A stretch of DNA of 64,000 bases from Escherichia coli (GTDB lineage Bacteria; Pseudomonadota; Gammaproteobacteria; Enterobacterales; Enterobacteriaceae): NCBI RefSeq assembly GCF_003334405.1, contig NZ_QOWM01000017.1; one strand, 5' to 3'. Under the pieces are notes generated by a model. The model did no database searches. It was not told where the DNA came from and worked only from the letters and a program-made list of their open reading frames with translations. Shown one piece after another: positions 23,445 to 33,784 of this stretch. Each line of letters opens with the position of its first letter. Within the stretch, counting starts at the first letter, position 1. The translations under genes were made by a program, and so were the position numbers.

Positions 23445-24703
23445 GATAAAAACTCTCTTTGGGCTCGTGAAAAAAAGGCGTCATCACCGAAGTTGCCAGA
23501 TTTAAGGGCGAGTGAGACAGGCTTATCCAGTGCGTTTACCCACGGCACGCCGGGGGAAATGGTTGGGCCAATATGAAACCCTTTTATTCCCAGGCTCTGT
23601 GTGACTACGCCGGAGGTCTCACCGCCTGCGACAATAAAGCGTGTCACGCCTTCCGCTGCTAACCGCGCCGCTAGTTGAGAAAACAGTGTTTCTACTGCCT
23701 GACTGGCTTTTTGTGCACCGTATTGCTGTTGAATTGCTGCCAATGCGTCAGTGCTGGCGGTGGCAAAAACCAGTGGAGCAAGTACACTTTCCTGGCCCAG
23801 AACCCACTCTGCCAGTTCGTGTGCATAAGCGGCCAGAGTTTCAATTGAGAGGCAGCGTGCCACATCAACTTCACGGGCTGGTGCAATTTGACGGTAATGT
23901 GCTACCTGGCGGTTGGTCATTTGAGAGCATGAACCGGAGAGCACTACGCCGCGCCCAGCGAGCGGACGCCCTGCTTTGCGAGCCTGGTTACCGTTTTCTT
24001 GCGCCCACTGCCGGGCCAGGCCAATCGCCAGACCAGAACCGCCCGTTACCAGTGGGGCATCGCGCAAGGCTTCTCCCTGAATTTCCAGATGGTGTTCGGT
24101 CAGCGCATCAAGCACCGCGTAGCGGTAGCCCTCTTGCTGTAAGCGAGCCAGCTCTTGACGAACGGCATCCACACCTTGTTCGAAAACATGTGCCGAAACG
24201 ACGCCGCAGCGCCCTGTGGATTGCGCTTCAACCAGACGGGGAAGATAGCTGTCGGTCATGGGATTTACCGGGTGATGGCGCATCCCGGATTCGGCCAGCA
24301 GTTGATTCATTACGAACAAATACCCCTGATAAACCGTACGTCCGTTGACCGGCAGGGCCGGAGAGAAGACCGTAAACGGCGTGTCGAGAGCATCCATTAA
24401 GGCATCGGTAACCGGGCCAATATTACCTTTCGCCGTACTGTCGAAAGTAGAGCAGTATTTGAAATAGATCTGTTTGCAACCTTGCTGTTGCAACCAGCTC
24501 AGAGCCGCCAGCGATTGCTGTGTGGCTTCAACCACTGGACAGGAGCGCGTTTTCAGGCTGATCACCAGTGCGTCGATTGCTTCCGGCATTTTACCTGTTG
24601 GAACACCGTTAATTTGTACCGTTGGTAGACCGTTTTCCACCAGAAAACTGGCGATATCCGTCGCGCCGGTAAAATCATCGGCGATAACGCCAATCTTGAT
24701 CAT
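23441..24703 (-). CDS. ygbK: DUF1537 four-carbon acid-sugar kinase (3-oxo-tetronate kinase, OtnK)
   Basis: 420-aa ORF, N-terminus MIKIGVIADDFTGATD; overlaps neighbours by 4 bp. Confidence 0.85.
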   Translation of the reverse strand: MIKIGVIADDFTGATDIASFLVENGLPTVQINGVPTGKMPEAIDALVISLKTRSCPVVEATQQSLAALSWLQQQGCKQIYFKYCSTFDSTAKGNIGPVTDALMDALDTPFTVFSPALPVNGRTVYQGYLFVMNQLLAESGMRHHPVNPMTDSYLPRLVEAQSTGRCGVVSAHVFEQGVDAVRQELARLQQEGYRYAVLDALTEHHLEIQGEALRDAPLVTGGSGLAIGLARQWAQENGNQARKAGRPLAGRGVVLSGSCSQMTNRQVAHYRQIAPAREVDVARCLSIETLAAYAHELAEWVLGQESVLAPLVFATASTDALAAIQQQYGAQKASQAVETLFSQLAARLAAEGVTRFIVAGGETSGVVTQSLGIKGFHIGPTISPGVPWVNALDKPVSLALKSGNFGDDAFFSRAQREFLS

Positions 24704-25608
24704 GATTTCGCTCCCGGTAGAGTGATGCCAGAGAAAATCTTGATAACTGCGCTATCGTCTTCTTTCCCGTAACCCGCGTTACTGGCGCTGGTGAACATAT
24801 TCAATGCTGTTGAGGCCAATGGCAGCGGGAAGTGCAGGGCTTTGGCTGTATCGGCAACCAGACCAAGATCCTTAACAAAAATATCGACGGCTGAATGCGG
24901 GGTGTAATCGCCATCCACCACATGACGCATCCGGTTTTCGAACATCCAGGAATTTCCGGCGGCATTGGTCACGACGTCATACATCACATCCAGCGGGATC
25001 CCCGCACGGGCTGCAAGTGCCATCGCTTCGGCTCCGGCAGCAATATGTACGCCCGCTAACAACTGGTGAATAATTTTTACGGTCGAACCTAGTCCCGGTT
25101 CTGCACCTATGCGATAAACTTTTCCGGCAACGGCTTCCAGCACGGGTGCCAGTCGTTCAAAGGCAATATCGCTACCGGAGGCCATGATAGTCATTTCACC
25201 GTTAGCGGCTTTTACTGCACCACCAGAAACTGGCGCATCCAGCATTTCCAGATCGAATCCAGCCAGAGCGGTAGCAATTTCTTGCGCATCAGCACTAGCG
25301 ATAGTGGAAGAAACCATTACTGCCGTACCGGGTTTCAGATGTTGTGCAACGCCTGTTTCACCAAACAGCACCTGTTTAACCTGGGCCGCATTGACCACCA
25401 GCACCAGCAGTGCGTCCAGTTTTTCGGCAAACGTCGCGGCGTTATCAGAAACCCCGCAAGCACCTGCCTCTTTCAACGTAGCGCAGGCATTGCTGTTCAG
25501 GTCTGCGCCCCAGGTAGAAAGACCTGCGCGGACACATGACAGTGCTGCTCCCATTCCCATTGACCCTAAGCCAACGATACCGACATGAAACTCAGATCCC
25601 GTTTTCAT
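24700..25608 (-). CDS. ygbJ: NAD-dependent 3-hydroxyisobutyrate-dehydrogenase-like enzyme (L-threonate dehydrogenase, LtnD)
   Basis: 302 aa; Rossmann motif GIVGLGSMGMGAA. Confidence 0.85.
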   Translation of the reverse strand: MKTGSEFHVGIVGLGSMGMGAALSCVRAGLSTWGADLNSNACATLKEAGACGVSDNAATFAEKLDALLVLVVNAAQVKQVLFGETGVAQHLKPGTAVMVSSTIASADAQEIATALAGFDLEMLDAPVSGGAVKAANGEMTIMASGSDIAFERLAPVLEAVAGKVYRIGAEPGLGSTVKIIHQLLAGVHIAAGAEAMALAARAGIPLDVMYDVVTNAAGNSWMFENRMRHVVDGDYTPHSAVDIFVKDLGLVADTAKALHFPLPLASTALNMFTSASNAGYGKEDDSAVIKIFSGITLPGAKS

Positions 25609-25803
25609 CTGCTCTCCTTGTTAATTTAAGTGATATTTTGTTTGATATTGTGAATATAAGCGCTGGAAGATAACGATATGGTGATCTGATTCACATAAAT
25701 TAACATTGTGTGTTATTTTATGTGAACTAAGCGTTAGTTGCGCCGCGCACGTTTCGCAGGCAAATAGCGTAGAATGTCAGCAGGACAAAGGAAGGAGCAA
25801 AAG

Positions 25804-26571
25804 TTGATACCCGTAGAGCGTCGCCAAATCATCCTTGAGATGGTAGCTGAAAAAGGCATTGTCAGTATTGCTGAACTAACGGACAGAATGAATGTGTCAC
25901 ATATGACCATTCGTCGGGATTTACAAAAACTGGAGCAGCAGGGAGCCGTTGTGCTGGTGTCCGGAGGCGTCCAGTCTCCGGGACGCGTGGCGCATGAACC
26001 TTCTCATCAGGTAAAAACTGCGCTGGCAATGACGCAAAAAGCGGCTATTGGCAAGCTGGCGGCAAGTCTTGTTCAGCCGGGAAGTTGTATCTATCTGGAT
26101 GCGGGAACGACCACGTTAGCGATAGCACAGCATCTGATTCACATGGAGTCACTGACTGTGGTCACAAACGATTTCGTTATTGCGGACTACTTGCTCGACA
26201 ACAGTAATTGCACAATTATTCACACTGGCGGTGCAGTGTGTCGGGAAAACCGTTCCTGTGTCGGGGAAGCCGCTGCGACCATGCTGCGCAGCCTGATGAT
26301 TGATCAGGCTTTTATTTCTGCATCGTCATGGAGTGTGCGGGGGATTTCTACGCCAGCGGAAGATAAAGTCACGGTGAAACGGGCGATTGCCAGTGCCAGC
26401 CGCCAGCGAGTTTTGGTCTGTGATGCGACGAAATATGGTCAGGTGGCGACATGGCTGGCGTTACCATTAAGCGAGTTTGATCAGATTATTACAGACGACG
26501 GTTTGCCGGAGAGTGCCAGTCGCGCGCTGGTGAAGCAGGATCTCTCTTTGCTGGTAGCGAAAAATGAATAA
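25804..26571 (+). CDS. ygbI: DeoR-family transcriptional regulator
   Basis: Probable TTG start at 25804 preceded by GGAAGGAG; helix-turn-helix SIAELTDRMNVSHMTIRRDL; 255 aa (ORF track extends to ATG 25774). Confidence 0.8.
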   Translation: MIPVERRQIILEMVAEKGIVSIAELTDRMNVSHMTIRRDLQKLEQQGAVVLVSGGVQSPGRVAHEPSHQVKTALAMTQKAAIGKLAASLVQPGSCIYLDAGTTTLAIAQHLIHMESLTVVTNDFVIADYLLDNSNCTIIHTGGAVCRENRSCVGEAAATMLRSLMIDQAFISASSWSVRGISTPAEDKVTVKRAIASASRQRVLVCDATKYGQVATWLALPLSEFDQIITDDGLPESASRALVKQDLSLLVAKNE

Positions 26572-26594
26572 TGGCCTGCAATAACACCGGGTTA

Positions 26595-26620
26595 CTCATG
26601 CTTCACAGAAGAAGCATGAG
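26595..26620. terminator. Bidirectional hairpin terminator between convergent ygbI and pphB
   Basis: ctcatgcttc-acagaa-gaagcatgag, 10-bp perfect stem, followed by T-rich sequence. Confidence 0.6.
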
Positions 26621-26621
26621 A

Positions 26622-27278
26622 CTACTTTATTTTATAAAATGACAGCCGCCCGCTGTTCGGCGATCCGGTATCAATATAAATCTGGTTAGCGAACGTCTGA
26701 ATGTTATCAAACATCATATGTCCAAATATAAAATAATCAGCGCCGTTTATTTGTTGTAACTCGCCATTAAGCGATTTCTGCACACGATCAACAGGCCAGA
26801 GTAATTCGCTCTCCGCTATTTCTTTACCAAAGAGATATTCACTCCCCGGATAATCTGCATGTGCGATGGCATATTTTATGTTGTCGTTAGTGATTTCAAT
26901 AATATGTGGAAGGTGATGGAATTTCAGCAACAGATCTATTGCCTCTTGTTGCTCTGAATCATTTAAATCGAAAAACCAGTCACCACCGCTGGCAAGCCAC
27001 ATATTGCCATCGCCAGTTTCGAATGCCTCAAGCGCCATCGCTTCGTGGTTGCCTTTAACCGACGTAAACCAGGGTTGGTTTAGCAGGCGCAGGACGTCAA
27101 GACTCTCCGGTCCACGATCAATATTATCGCCGACAGAAATAAGTAAGTCGATTTCGGGGAAAAAAGAGAGTTGATGTAAGCGGGATTGTAATAACTGATA
27201 TTCACCATGAATATCACCAACGACCCATATATGGCGATAGTGATGGGCATTGATTTTTTGATAGCGTGTAGATGGCAT
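26622..27278 (-). CDS. pphB: Serine/threonine protein phosphatase 2
   Basis: 218 aa; metallophosphatase motifs VVGDIHGE, GDNIDRGP, GNHE. Confidence 0.9.
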   Translation of the reverse strand: MPSTRYQKINAHHYRHIWVVGDIHGEYQLLQSRLHQLSFFPEIDLLISVGDNIDRGPESLDVLRLLNQPWFTSVKGNHEAMALEAFETGDGNMWLASGGDWFFDLNDSEQQEAIDLLLKFHHLPHIIEITNDNIKYAIAHADYPGSEYLFGKEIAESELLWPVDRVQKSLNGELQQINGADYFIFGHMMFDNIQTFANQIYIDTGSPNSGRLSFYKIK

Positions 27279-27383
27279 GGTTTTACCCTGTAAAATAAGC
27301 TTTCCTATTATACAGGGTGTTTTTATTTTATTCGTCAGTTGTCGTTAATATTCCCGATAGCAAAAGACTATCGGGAATTGTTA

Positions 27384-29945
27384 TTACACCAGGCTCTTCA
27401 AGCGATAAATCCACTCCAGCGCCTGACGCGGGGTGAGTGAATCCGGATCAAGATTTTCCAGAGCTTCGACCGCAGGCGAAGTTTCTTCTGGTACTGACAG
27501 CAAAGACATTTGCGTACCATCCACTTGCGTAGCGGCGGCGTTCGGCGAAATGCTTTCCAGCTCACGCAGCTTTTGCCGTGCGCGCTTAATAACCTCTTTT
27601 GGCACGCCTGCCAGAGCTGCAACCGCCAGGCCGTAGCTTTTGCTCGCCGCGCCATCCTGCACGCTGTGCATAAAGGCAATGGTGTCGCCGTGCTCCAGTG
27701 CATCGAGATGCACGTTAGCGACGCCTTCCATTTTCTCCGGTAACTGGGTCAGCTCGAAATAGTGGGTAGCAAATAACGTCAATGCCTTAATCTTATTCGC
27801 CAGATTTTCCGCGCACGCCCACGCCAGCGACAGACCATCGTAGGTGGACGTTCCACGCCCGATCTCATCCATTAACACCAGACTGTATTCGGTGGCGTTA
27901 TGTAAAATATTGGCGGTTTCAGTCATCTCCACCATAAAGGTTGAGCGCCCGGACGCCAGGTCATCTGCCGCGCCTACGCGGGTAAAGATGCGATCGATAG
28001 GTCCAATCTCGACTTTTTGTGCCGGTACATAGCTGCCGATGTAGGCCATCAGCGCAATCAGTGCGGTCTGGCGCATATAGGTACTTTTACCGCCCATGTT
28101 CGGACCGGTGATGATCAACATGCGGCGCTGCGGCGACAGATTCAGCGGGTTGGCGATAAATGGCTCATTCAGTACTTGTTCAACTACCGGATGGCGACCT
28201 TCGGTAATGCGAATGCCCGGTTTATCAATGAAGGTCGGGCAGGTGTAGTTCAGGGTATAGGCCCGTTCCGCCAGGTTAACCAGCACGTCGAGTTCCGCCA
28301 GCGCGCTCGCGCTCTGTTGCAACGCTTCCAGATGCGGCAACAGCAGGTCGAACAGCTCTTCATAAAGCTGTTTTTCCAGTGCCAGTGCTTTGCCTTTTGA
28401 GGTGAGAACTTTATCTTCGTACTCTTTTAGCTCTGGAATGATGTAGCGCTCGGCGTTTTTCAGCGTCTGGCGACGCATGTAGTTGATGGGTGCCAGATGG
28501 CTTTGCCCACGGCTGATTTGAATGTAGTAGCCGTGCACCGCATTAAAGCCAACTTTCAGCGTGTCCAGGCCGGTACGTTCACGCTCGCGGACTTCCAGAC
28601 GCTCCAGATAATCGGTCGCGCCGTCAGCCAGCGCGCGCCACTCATCCAGCTCTTCGTTATAGCCCGATGCGATAACACCACCGTCGCGTACCAGCACCGG
28701 CGGTGTGTCGATGATTGCTCGCTCCAGCAGATCGCGCAGCTCGGCAAACTCGCCCATCTTCTCACGTAGCGCCTGTACCGGTGCACTATCGACAGTTTCT
28801 AACTGCGCACGCAGCTCCGGCAGTTGCTGGAAAGCGTGGCGCATACGGGCCAGATCGCGTGGGCGAGCAGTTCGTAAAGCCAGACGTGCCAGAATACGTT
28901 CCAGGTCGCCGACCTGACGCAGTACCGGCTGTAGCCCGGCGGTGAAATCCTGCAATGCGCCAATAGTTTGCTGGCGCTCAAGCAACACGCGGGTATCGCG
29001 CACTGGCATATGCAGCCAGCGTTTCAGCATACGGCTGCCCATCGGCGTGACGGTGCAGTCGAGCACAGAAGCCAGCGTATTTTCCGCACCACCCGCCAGG
29101 TTCTGGGTGATTTCCAGATTACGACGCGTCGCGGCATCCATAATGATGCTGTCCTGCTCACGTTCCATGGTGATGGAACGAATATGCGGCAGAGTCGTAC
29201 GTTGGGTATCTTTCGCATACTGCAACAGACAACCGGCAGCACAAAGTCCGCGCGGCGCGTTCTCGACGCCAAAACCGACCAGATCGCGGGTCCCAAATTG
29301 CAGATTCAACTGCTGGCGCGCGGTGTCGATTTCAAACTCCCACAGCGGGCGACGGCGCAGGCCGCGACGGCCTTCAATTAACGACATTTCAGCAAAATCT
29401 TCTGCATACAGCAGTTCCGCAGGATTAGTGCGTTGCAGTTCTGCCGCCATCGTTTCGCGGTCAGCCGGTTCGCTCAGGCGAAAACGCCCGGAACTGATAT
29501 CCAGCGTCGCGTAGCCGAAACCTTTGCTGTCCTGCCAGATAGCCGCCAGCAGGTTGTCCTGACGCTCCTGCAACAGGGCTTCATCGCTGATGGTGCCTGG
29601 CGTAACGATACGCACAACTTTGCGCTCAACCGGACCTTTGCTGGTCGCCGGATCGCCAATTTGTTCGCAGATGGCAACGGACTCTCCCTGATTCACCAGT
29701 TTGGCGAGATAGTTTTCCACCGCATGGTAGGGAATCCCCGCCATCGGGATCGGCTCTCCCGCCGAAGCACCGCGTTTGGTCAGTGAAATATCCAGCAGTT
29801 GCGACGCGCGTTTTGCGTCGTCATAAAACAGTTCATAAAAATCACCCATCCGGTAAAACAGCAGGATCTCGGGATGCTGGGCTTTCAGCCTGAGATACTG
29901 CTGCATCATGGGCGTATGGGCGTCGAAATTTTCTATTGCACTCAT
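27384..29945 (-). CDS. mutS: DNA mismatch repair protein MutS
   Basis: 853 aa; Walker [11 protein letters not shown]-terminus [21 protein letters not shown]. Confidence 0.97.
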   Translation of the reverse strand: MSAIENFDAHTPMMQQYLRLKAQHPEILLFYRMGDFYELFYDDAKRASQLLDISLTKRGASAGEPIPMAGIPYHAVENYLAKLVNQGESVAICEQIGDPATSKGPVERKVVRIVTPGTISDEALLQERQDNLLAAIWQDSKGFGYATLDISSGRFRLSEPADRETMAAELQRTNPAELLYAEDFAEMSLIEGRRGLRRRPLWEFEIDTARQQLNLQFGTRDLVGFGVENAPRGLCAAGCLLQYAKDTQRTTLPHIRSITMEREQDSIIMDAATRRNLEITQNLAGGAENTLASVLDCTVTPMGSRMLKRWLHMPVRDTRVLLERQQTIGALQDFTAGLQPVLRQVGDLERILARLALRTARPRDLARMRHAFQQLPELRAQLETVDSAPVQALREKMGEFAELRDLLERAIIDTPPVLVRDGGVIASGYNEELDEWRALADGATDYLERLEVRERERTGLDTLKVGFNAVHGYYIQISRGQSHLAPINYMRRQTLKNAERYIIPELKEYEDKVLTSKGKALALEKQLYEELFDLLLPHLEALQQSASALAELDVLVNLAERAYTLNYTCPTFIDKPGIRITEGRHPVVEQVLNEPFIANPLNLSPQRRMLIITGPNMGGKSTYMRQTALIALMAYIGSYVPAQKVEIGPIDRIFTRVGAADDLASGRSTFMVEMTETANILHNATEYSLVLMDEIGRGTSTYDGLSLAWACAENLANKIKALTLFATHYFELTQLPEKMEGVANVHLDALEHGDTIAFMHSVQDGAASKSYGLAVAALAGVPKEVIKRARQKLRELESISPNAAATQVDGTQMSLLSVPEETSPAVEALENLDPDSLTPRQALEWIYRLKSLV

Positions 29946-30191
29946 GGGGTTATGTCCGGTTCCCTGATATTAAATGGGGTGTGATGGTTTTTATTTTCGT
30001 TGTAATCACATAAGGCGCACATGATACCGGAGTTAATCATTTCAGGGGAAGAAGCGAACGGCGAGTTCTTGATGCTGGTTCCGGGAAAGATGCTGTTTTG
30101 CAGCTTTTGCGTGATGCTTATGAAGCAAGTACGCAAAATTGTATCGGTTGGCTAACCCTTCTTCTTTGGAGTCATAGTGCCCTTTAAGATT

Positions 30192-30214
30192 AAGATGTAA
30201 TATAAATACATCTT
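30192..30214 (+). promoter_or_regulatory. NsrR-type operator palindrome upstream of ygbA
   Basis: AAGATGtaatataaataCATCTT: perfect 6-bp inverted repeat with 11-bp AT-rich spacer, 18 bp upstream of the ygbA ATG. Confidence 0.6.
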
Positions 30215-30231
30215 AATGAGGTGGAGGCAGC

Positions 30232-30585
30232 ATGTCCGGCAAGCGTATCTCTCGTGAAAAACTGACGATTAAAAAAATGATCGATCTTTATCAAGCGAAA
30301 TGCCCGCAGGCGTCAGCGGAGCCGGAGCATTACGAGGCGTTGTTTGTTTACGCGCAAAAGCGGCTGGATAAATGTGTGTTCGGCGAAGAGAAACCAGCCT
30401 GTAAGCAGTGTCCGGTGCACTGTTACCAGCCTGCAAAGCGTGAAGAGATGAAACAGATTATGCGTTGGGCCGGGCCGAGAATGCTGTGGCGTCATCCGAT
30501 CTTAACCGTGCGTCATCTCATCGATGACAAGCGTCCGGTGCCAGAACTGCCGGAAAAATATCGTCCGAAAAAACCTCATGAATAG
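30232..30585 (+). CDS. ygbA: Nitrosative-stress-associated protein YgbA
   Basis: 117-aa Cys-rich ORF; synteny between mutS and fhlA. Confidence 0.85.
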   Translation: MSGKRISREKLTIKKMIDLYQAKCPQASAEPEHYEALFVYAQKRLDKCVFGEEKPACKQCPVHCYQPAKREEMKQIMRWAGPRMLWRHPILTVRHLIDDKRPVPELPEKYRPKKPHE

Positions 30586-30588
30586 TAT

Positions 30589-30612
30589 GCCGGACAGGCA
30601 GATCTGTCCGGC
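30589..30612. terminator. Hairpin between convergent ygbA and fhlA
   Basis: gccggacag-gcagat-ctgtccggc, 9-bp stem. Confidence 0.5.
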
Positions 30613-30621
30613 AATTTGCAG

Positions 30622-32700
30622 TTAAATCAATGCCGATTTATCAATTCCCAGCCGCTTCATCCGTGACAGCAGGGTCGTGCGTTTCAGCCCCAGACGTTGC
30701 GCAGCGCCTTTAGGCCCGGCAACCACGCCGTTGGTTTCTTTCAGCACGCGCACAATCAACTGATATTCATCTTCGCCCTCCAGGGCGACAACCGTTGCGG
30801 CAGGCGGCGTTTCAGGTTCCGGTAAAACAATATCTGGCAATGACAGCTGCAGCACGTTACCGCGTGTTAGCAATACCGCGCGCTCAATGACGTTTTCCAG
30901 TTCGCGTACGTTACCCGGCCACTCCATGTTGCTCAAGGTGCGCAGCGTCTCGGCAGGAATGCTGTCGATATTGCGCCCCAGACGACGGGCAATTTTGAAG
31001 GTAAAGGCTTTCGCCAGCAGCGGAATATCTTCCGGACGCTCGCGTAGTGGCGGCAGGTGAATCGGGAATACGTTCAGGCGGTAATAGAGATCGCTACGGA
31101 ACTCACGGTCGGCGACCATTTTTTTCAGATCGCGGTTAGTCGCGGCGATTAGACGCACGTCCGTCTGAATGATTTTGTTGCTGCCGAGACGTTCAAACTC
31201 CTGTTCCTGCAATACACGCAGCAACTTCGGCTGTAACTCCAGTGGCATATCGCCCACTTCGTCGAGGAACAGGGAGCTTTTATCCGCCAGTTCAAAACGA
31301 CCGATACGCTGGGCGCTGGCACCGGTAAAAGCCCCACGCTCATGACCAAACAGATCGCTTTCCAGCAATCCGGCAGGCATCGCCGCGCAGTTCATTTTGA
31401 CCATGCGGCGATTATTACGCCCACTGAGATTATGGATCGCACGGGCAATCAGCTCTTTACCCGTGCCAGTTTCACCGAGGATCAGCACGGTACTGTCACT
31501 TTGCGCCACCATTTCAACTTGTTTAAGCACGCTGTACATGGCTTCGCTGCGGCCAATAATCTCGCCAAATTCACTATCAACATTGTTGAGCTGCTCGGTC
31601 AGGGCGAGGTTTTCATCAACCAGCCGTTCTTTCAGACGATGGATTTCCTGATAGGCGAGGGCGTTATCGACAGCGATTGCCACACGTTCGGCAATCTGGC
31701 GCAGTAAATTCAGATTGGTAGTGGTAAACACTTTCTCTTCGCATTGCGCCAGTTTCAGCACGCCCAGCATGGTGTCGCCAGACATCAGCGGTAACAGGCA
31801 CAAGGTTTGAATCTGGTTGCCCCAGGTGTCGAACAACATGCGTTCATAGGGGGCTAAATCGTCCCGCTCGTGGAGATTGATCAGCAGCATCTCTTTACTT
31901 TTGAACACGCGTTCGGTGAGGGTTCCGGCTTCATCGACTTCGCTCTGTTCGTGGGCGGGATGCTGTTTATCAAGATAGTGAGTGGAGTAGATGTTGAGTT
32001 TGTTTTTACGGTGGCTGCGTAAGACGATACTGATATCGTCAATGTCGAAATAGTAATGGATTTCTTTGGCGACTTCGCTGACCAGTTCGTCCATATCCAG
32101 GCGGGAAAGCACCGCGTTGGTGATGGCGACCAGGATGCGGAAGTTATCGCGTTCCCGGCATAACAACTCATAGTCGACATTGTTAACGACGCGGCTCTGG
32201 ATTTGTTCGGTGACGACAGAAACGATCTGCGTAAATGTTTGCAGACGATTGAACTCTTTTTCGCTCCAGGGGCGATCGTCATAACGAATAAATTCACAGC
32301 CACCAAAAATATGCCCTTCCGCCGCCAGTGGCATCAGGCAATAGTGACCAAATTTTGGGTATAGCCCACCTGCGTCCAGCTGCGGCCAGGTTTCACAAAA
32401 TTCTTCGTAACTGCAATGCAGCGTATCAGGGCGCGACAAAATGCTGCGTACCGGACCGTGTGCCAGAACAGTTTCGTCTTCATATTTAATGGGGGTGTCT
32501 TTTTCACGCGACGCGTAATAAGACGCACGTTGAGTCTGCGCTTGCCACAACACAATAGCCGCGTTGTCGGCGAGCGCAGAACGCTTTACCAGTTGCGAAA
32601 GAGCCTCACACAGCGAGGCCAGATCGGGCTGCTGCAATAGTGTCCGAGTGATGTCGAACAACCCTTGTTGTCCGAGATCACTCATCGGTGTATATGACAT
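30622..32700 (-). CDS. fhlA: Formate hydrogenlyase transcriptional activator (sigma-54 enhancer-binding protein)
   Basis: 692 aa from MSYTPMSDLG; AAA+ sigma-54 activator motifs ([14 protein letters not shown]); C-terminal helix-turn-helix. Confidence 0.95.
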   Translation of the reverse strand: MSYTPMSDLGQQGLFDITRTLLQQPDLASLCEALSQLVKRSALADNAAIVLWQAQTQRASYYASREKDTPIKYEDETVLAHGPVRSILSRPDTLHCSYEEFCETWPQLDAGGLYPKFGHYCLMPLAAEGHIFGGCEFIRYDDRPWSEKEFNRLQTFTQIVSVVTEQIQSRVVNNVDYELLCRERDNFRILVAITNAVLSRLDMDELVSEVAKEIHYYFDIDDISIVLRSHRKNKLNIYSTHYLDKQHPAHEQSEVDEAGTLTERVFKSKEMLLINLHERDDLAPYERMLFDTWGNQIQTLCLLPLMSGDTMLGVLKLAQCEEKVFTTTNLNLLRQIAERVAIAVDNALAYQEIHRLKERLVDENLALTEQLNNVDSEFGEIIGRSEAMYSVLKQVEMVAQSDSTVLILGETGTGKELIARAIHNLSGRNNRRMVKMNCAAMPAGLLESDLFGHERGAFTGASAQRIGRFELADKSSLFLDEVGDMPLELQPKLLRVLQEQEFERLGSNKIIQTDVRLIAATNRDLKKMVADREFRSDLYYRLNVFPIHLPPLRERPEDIPLLAKAFTFKIARRLGRNIDSIPAETLRTLSNMEWPGNVRELENVIERAVLLTRGNVLQLSLPDIVLPEPETPPAATVVALEGEDEYQLIVRVLKETNGVVAGPKGAAQRLGLKRTTLLSRMKRLGIDKSALI

Positions 32701-32773
32701 TTTGTTCTTCCAGGAAAGCACCGCAAAGCGGTGCAAAAGGTCATTGACTAACTATAGGAGATTTAGAATTTTA

Positions 32774-33784
32774 TTAGCATATACGCGGAAGCGGTTCGGC
32801 GTGTGGTAAATCGAGGGTTCGTTTCACGCCATACAGACCGGCAAGACGAACACCTTTACGTTCCACCACTTCACCAATCAGCGCCGCGTCTTTCCCCAGT
32901 GGATGGGAATGTAACGCTGCCAGCACTTGCTCTGCCGCGTTGCGTTCAACAGCTATTACTAGTTTGCCTTCGTTGGCAAAGTTCAGGGCGTCCAGTCCCA
33001 GCAATTCGCAAACGCCACGCACGGCAGGTTTAACAGGCAGTGCCGCTTCTGAAAGTTCAATACCACAACCGCAGGCTGCCGCGAACTCATGAACCACCGC
33101 GTTTACACCACCACGGGTGGCATCACGCAGCGCTTTCACGCCGGGAATGTCACGCAGCGTCTGAATAAGCGGCGTCAGCACCGCGCAGTCGCTGACCAGT
33201 TCGCCATCCAGCCCCAGCTGCTCACGCAGGTTAAGGATAGTCGCCCCGTGGTCGCCGAGTGTACCGCTCACCAGCAATACATCGCCTGCGGTTAGCGTCT
33301 GTGCGCCCCAGTGAATATTCGCCGGAATTGCGCCCATGCCAGCGGTGTTGATAAACAGTTTATCTACCGCGCCGCGCTGCACCACTTTAGTATCGCCAGT
33401 AACGATGGCAATGCCTGCCGCGCGGGCGGTTTCTGCCATGCTGGTCACTACGGCTTTCAGTGTCTCCATCGGCAATCCTTCTTCGAGGATAAAGCCACAG
33501 GAGAGATAGCGCGGAATAGCGCCACTGACCGCAACGTCATTGGCTGTGCCGCAAATCGCCAGCTTGCCGATATTACCGCCAGGGAAGAACAGCGGGTCAA
33601 TAACGTAACTGTCGGTGGAGAACGCCAGACGGTCGCCTTCCGCTACCAGCTGCGCCAGATCAAGACGTGCCTGATCTTCCTGCTCTGCCAGCCACGGGTT
33701 GGCAAAGGCTTCCATAAACAGGCTGTTGATTAATTGCTGCATCGCCTGGCCGCCGCTACCGTGGGCGAGTTGGATATTATTCAC
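32774..33784 (-). CDS. hypE: Hydrogenase maturation protein HypE
   Basis: 336 aa; ends in the conserved C-terminal PRIC motif. Confidence 0.95.
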   Translation of the reverse strand: MNNIQLAHGSGGQAMQQLINSLFMEAFANPWLAEQEDQARLDLAQLVAEGDRLAFSTDSYVIDPLFFPGGNIGKLAICGTANDVAVSGAIPRYLSCGFILEEGLPMETLKAVVTSMAETARAAGIAIVTGDTKVVQRGAVDKLFINTAGMGAIPANIHWGAQTLTAGDVLLVSGTLGDHGATILNLREQLGLDGELVSDCAVLTPLIQTLRDIPGVKALRDATRGGVNAVVHEFAAACGCGIELSEAALPVKPAVRGVCELLGLDALNFANEGKLVIAVERNAAEQVLAALHSHPLGKDAALIGEVVERKGVRLAGLYGVKRTLDLPHAEPLPRIC

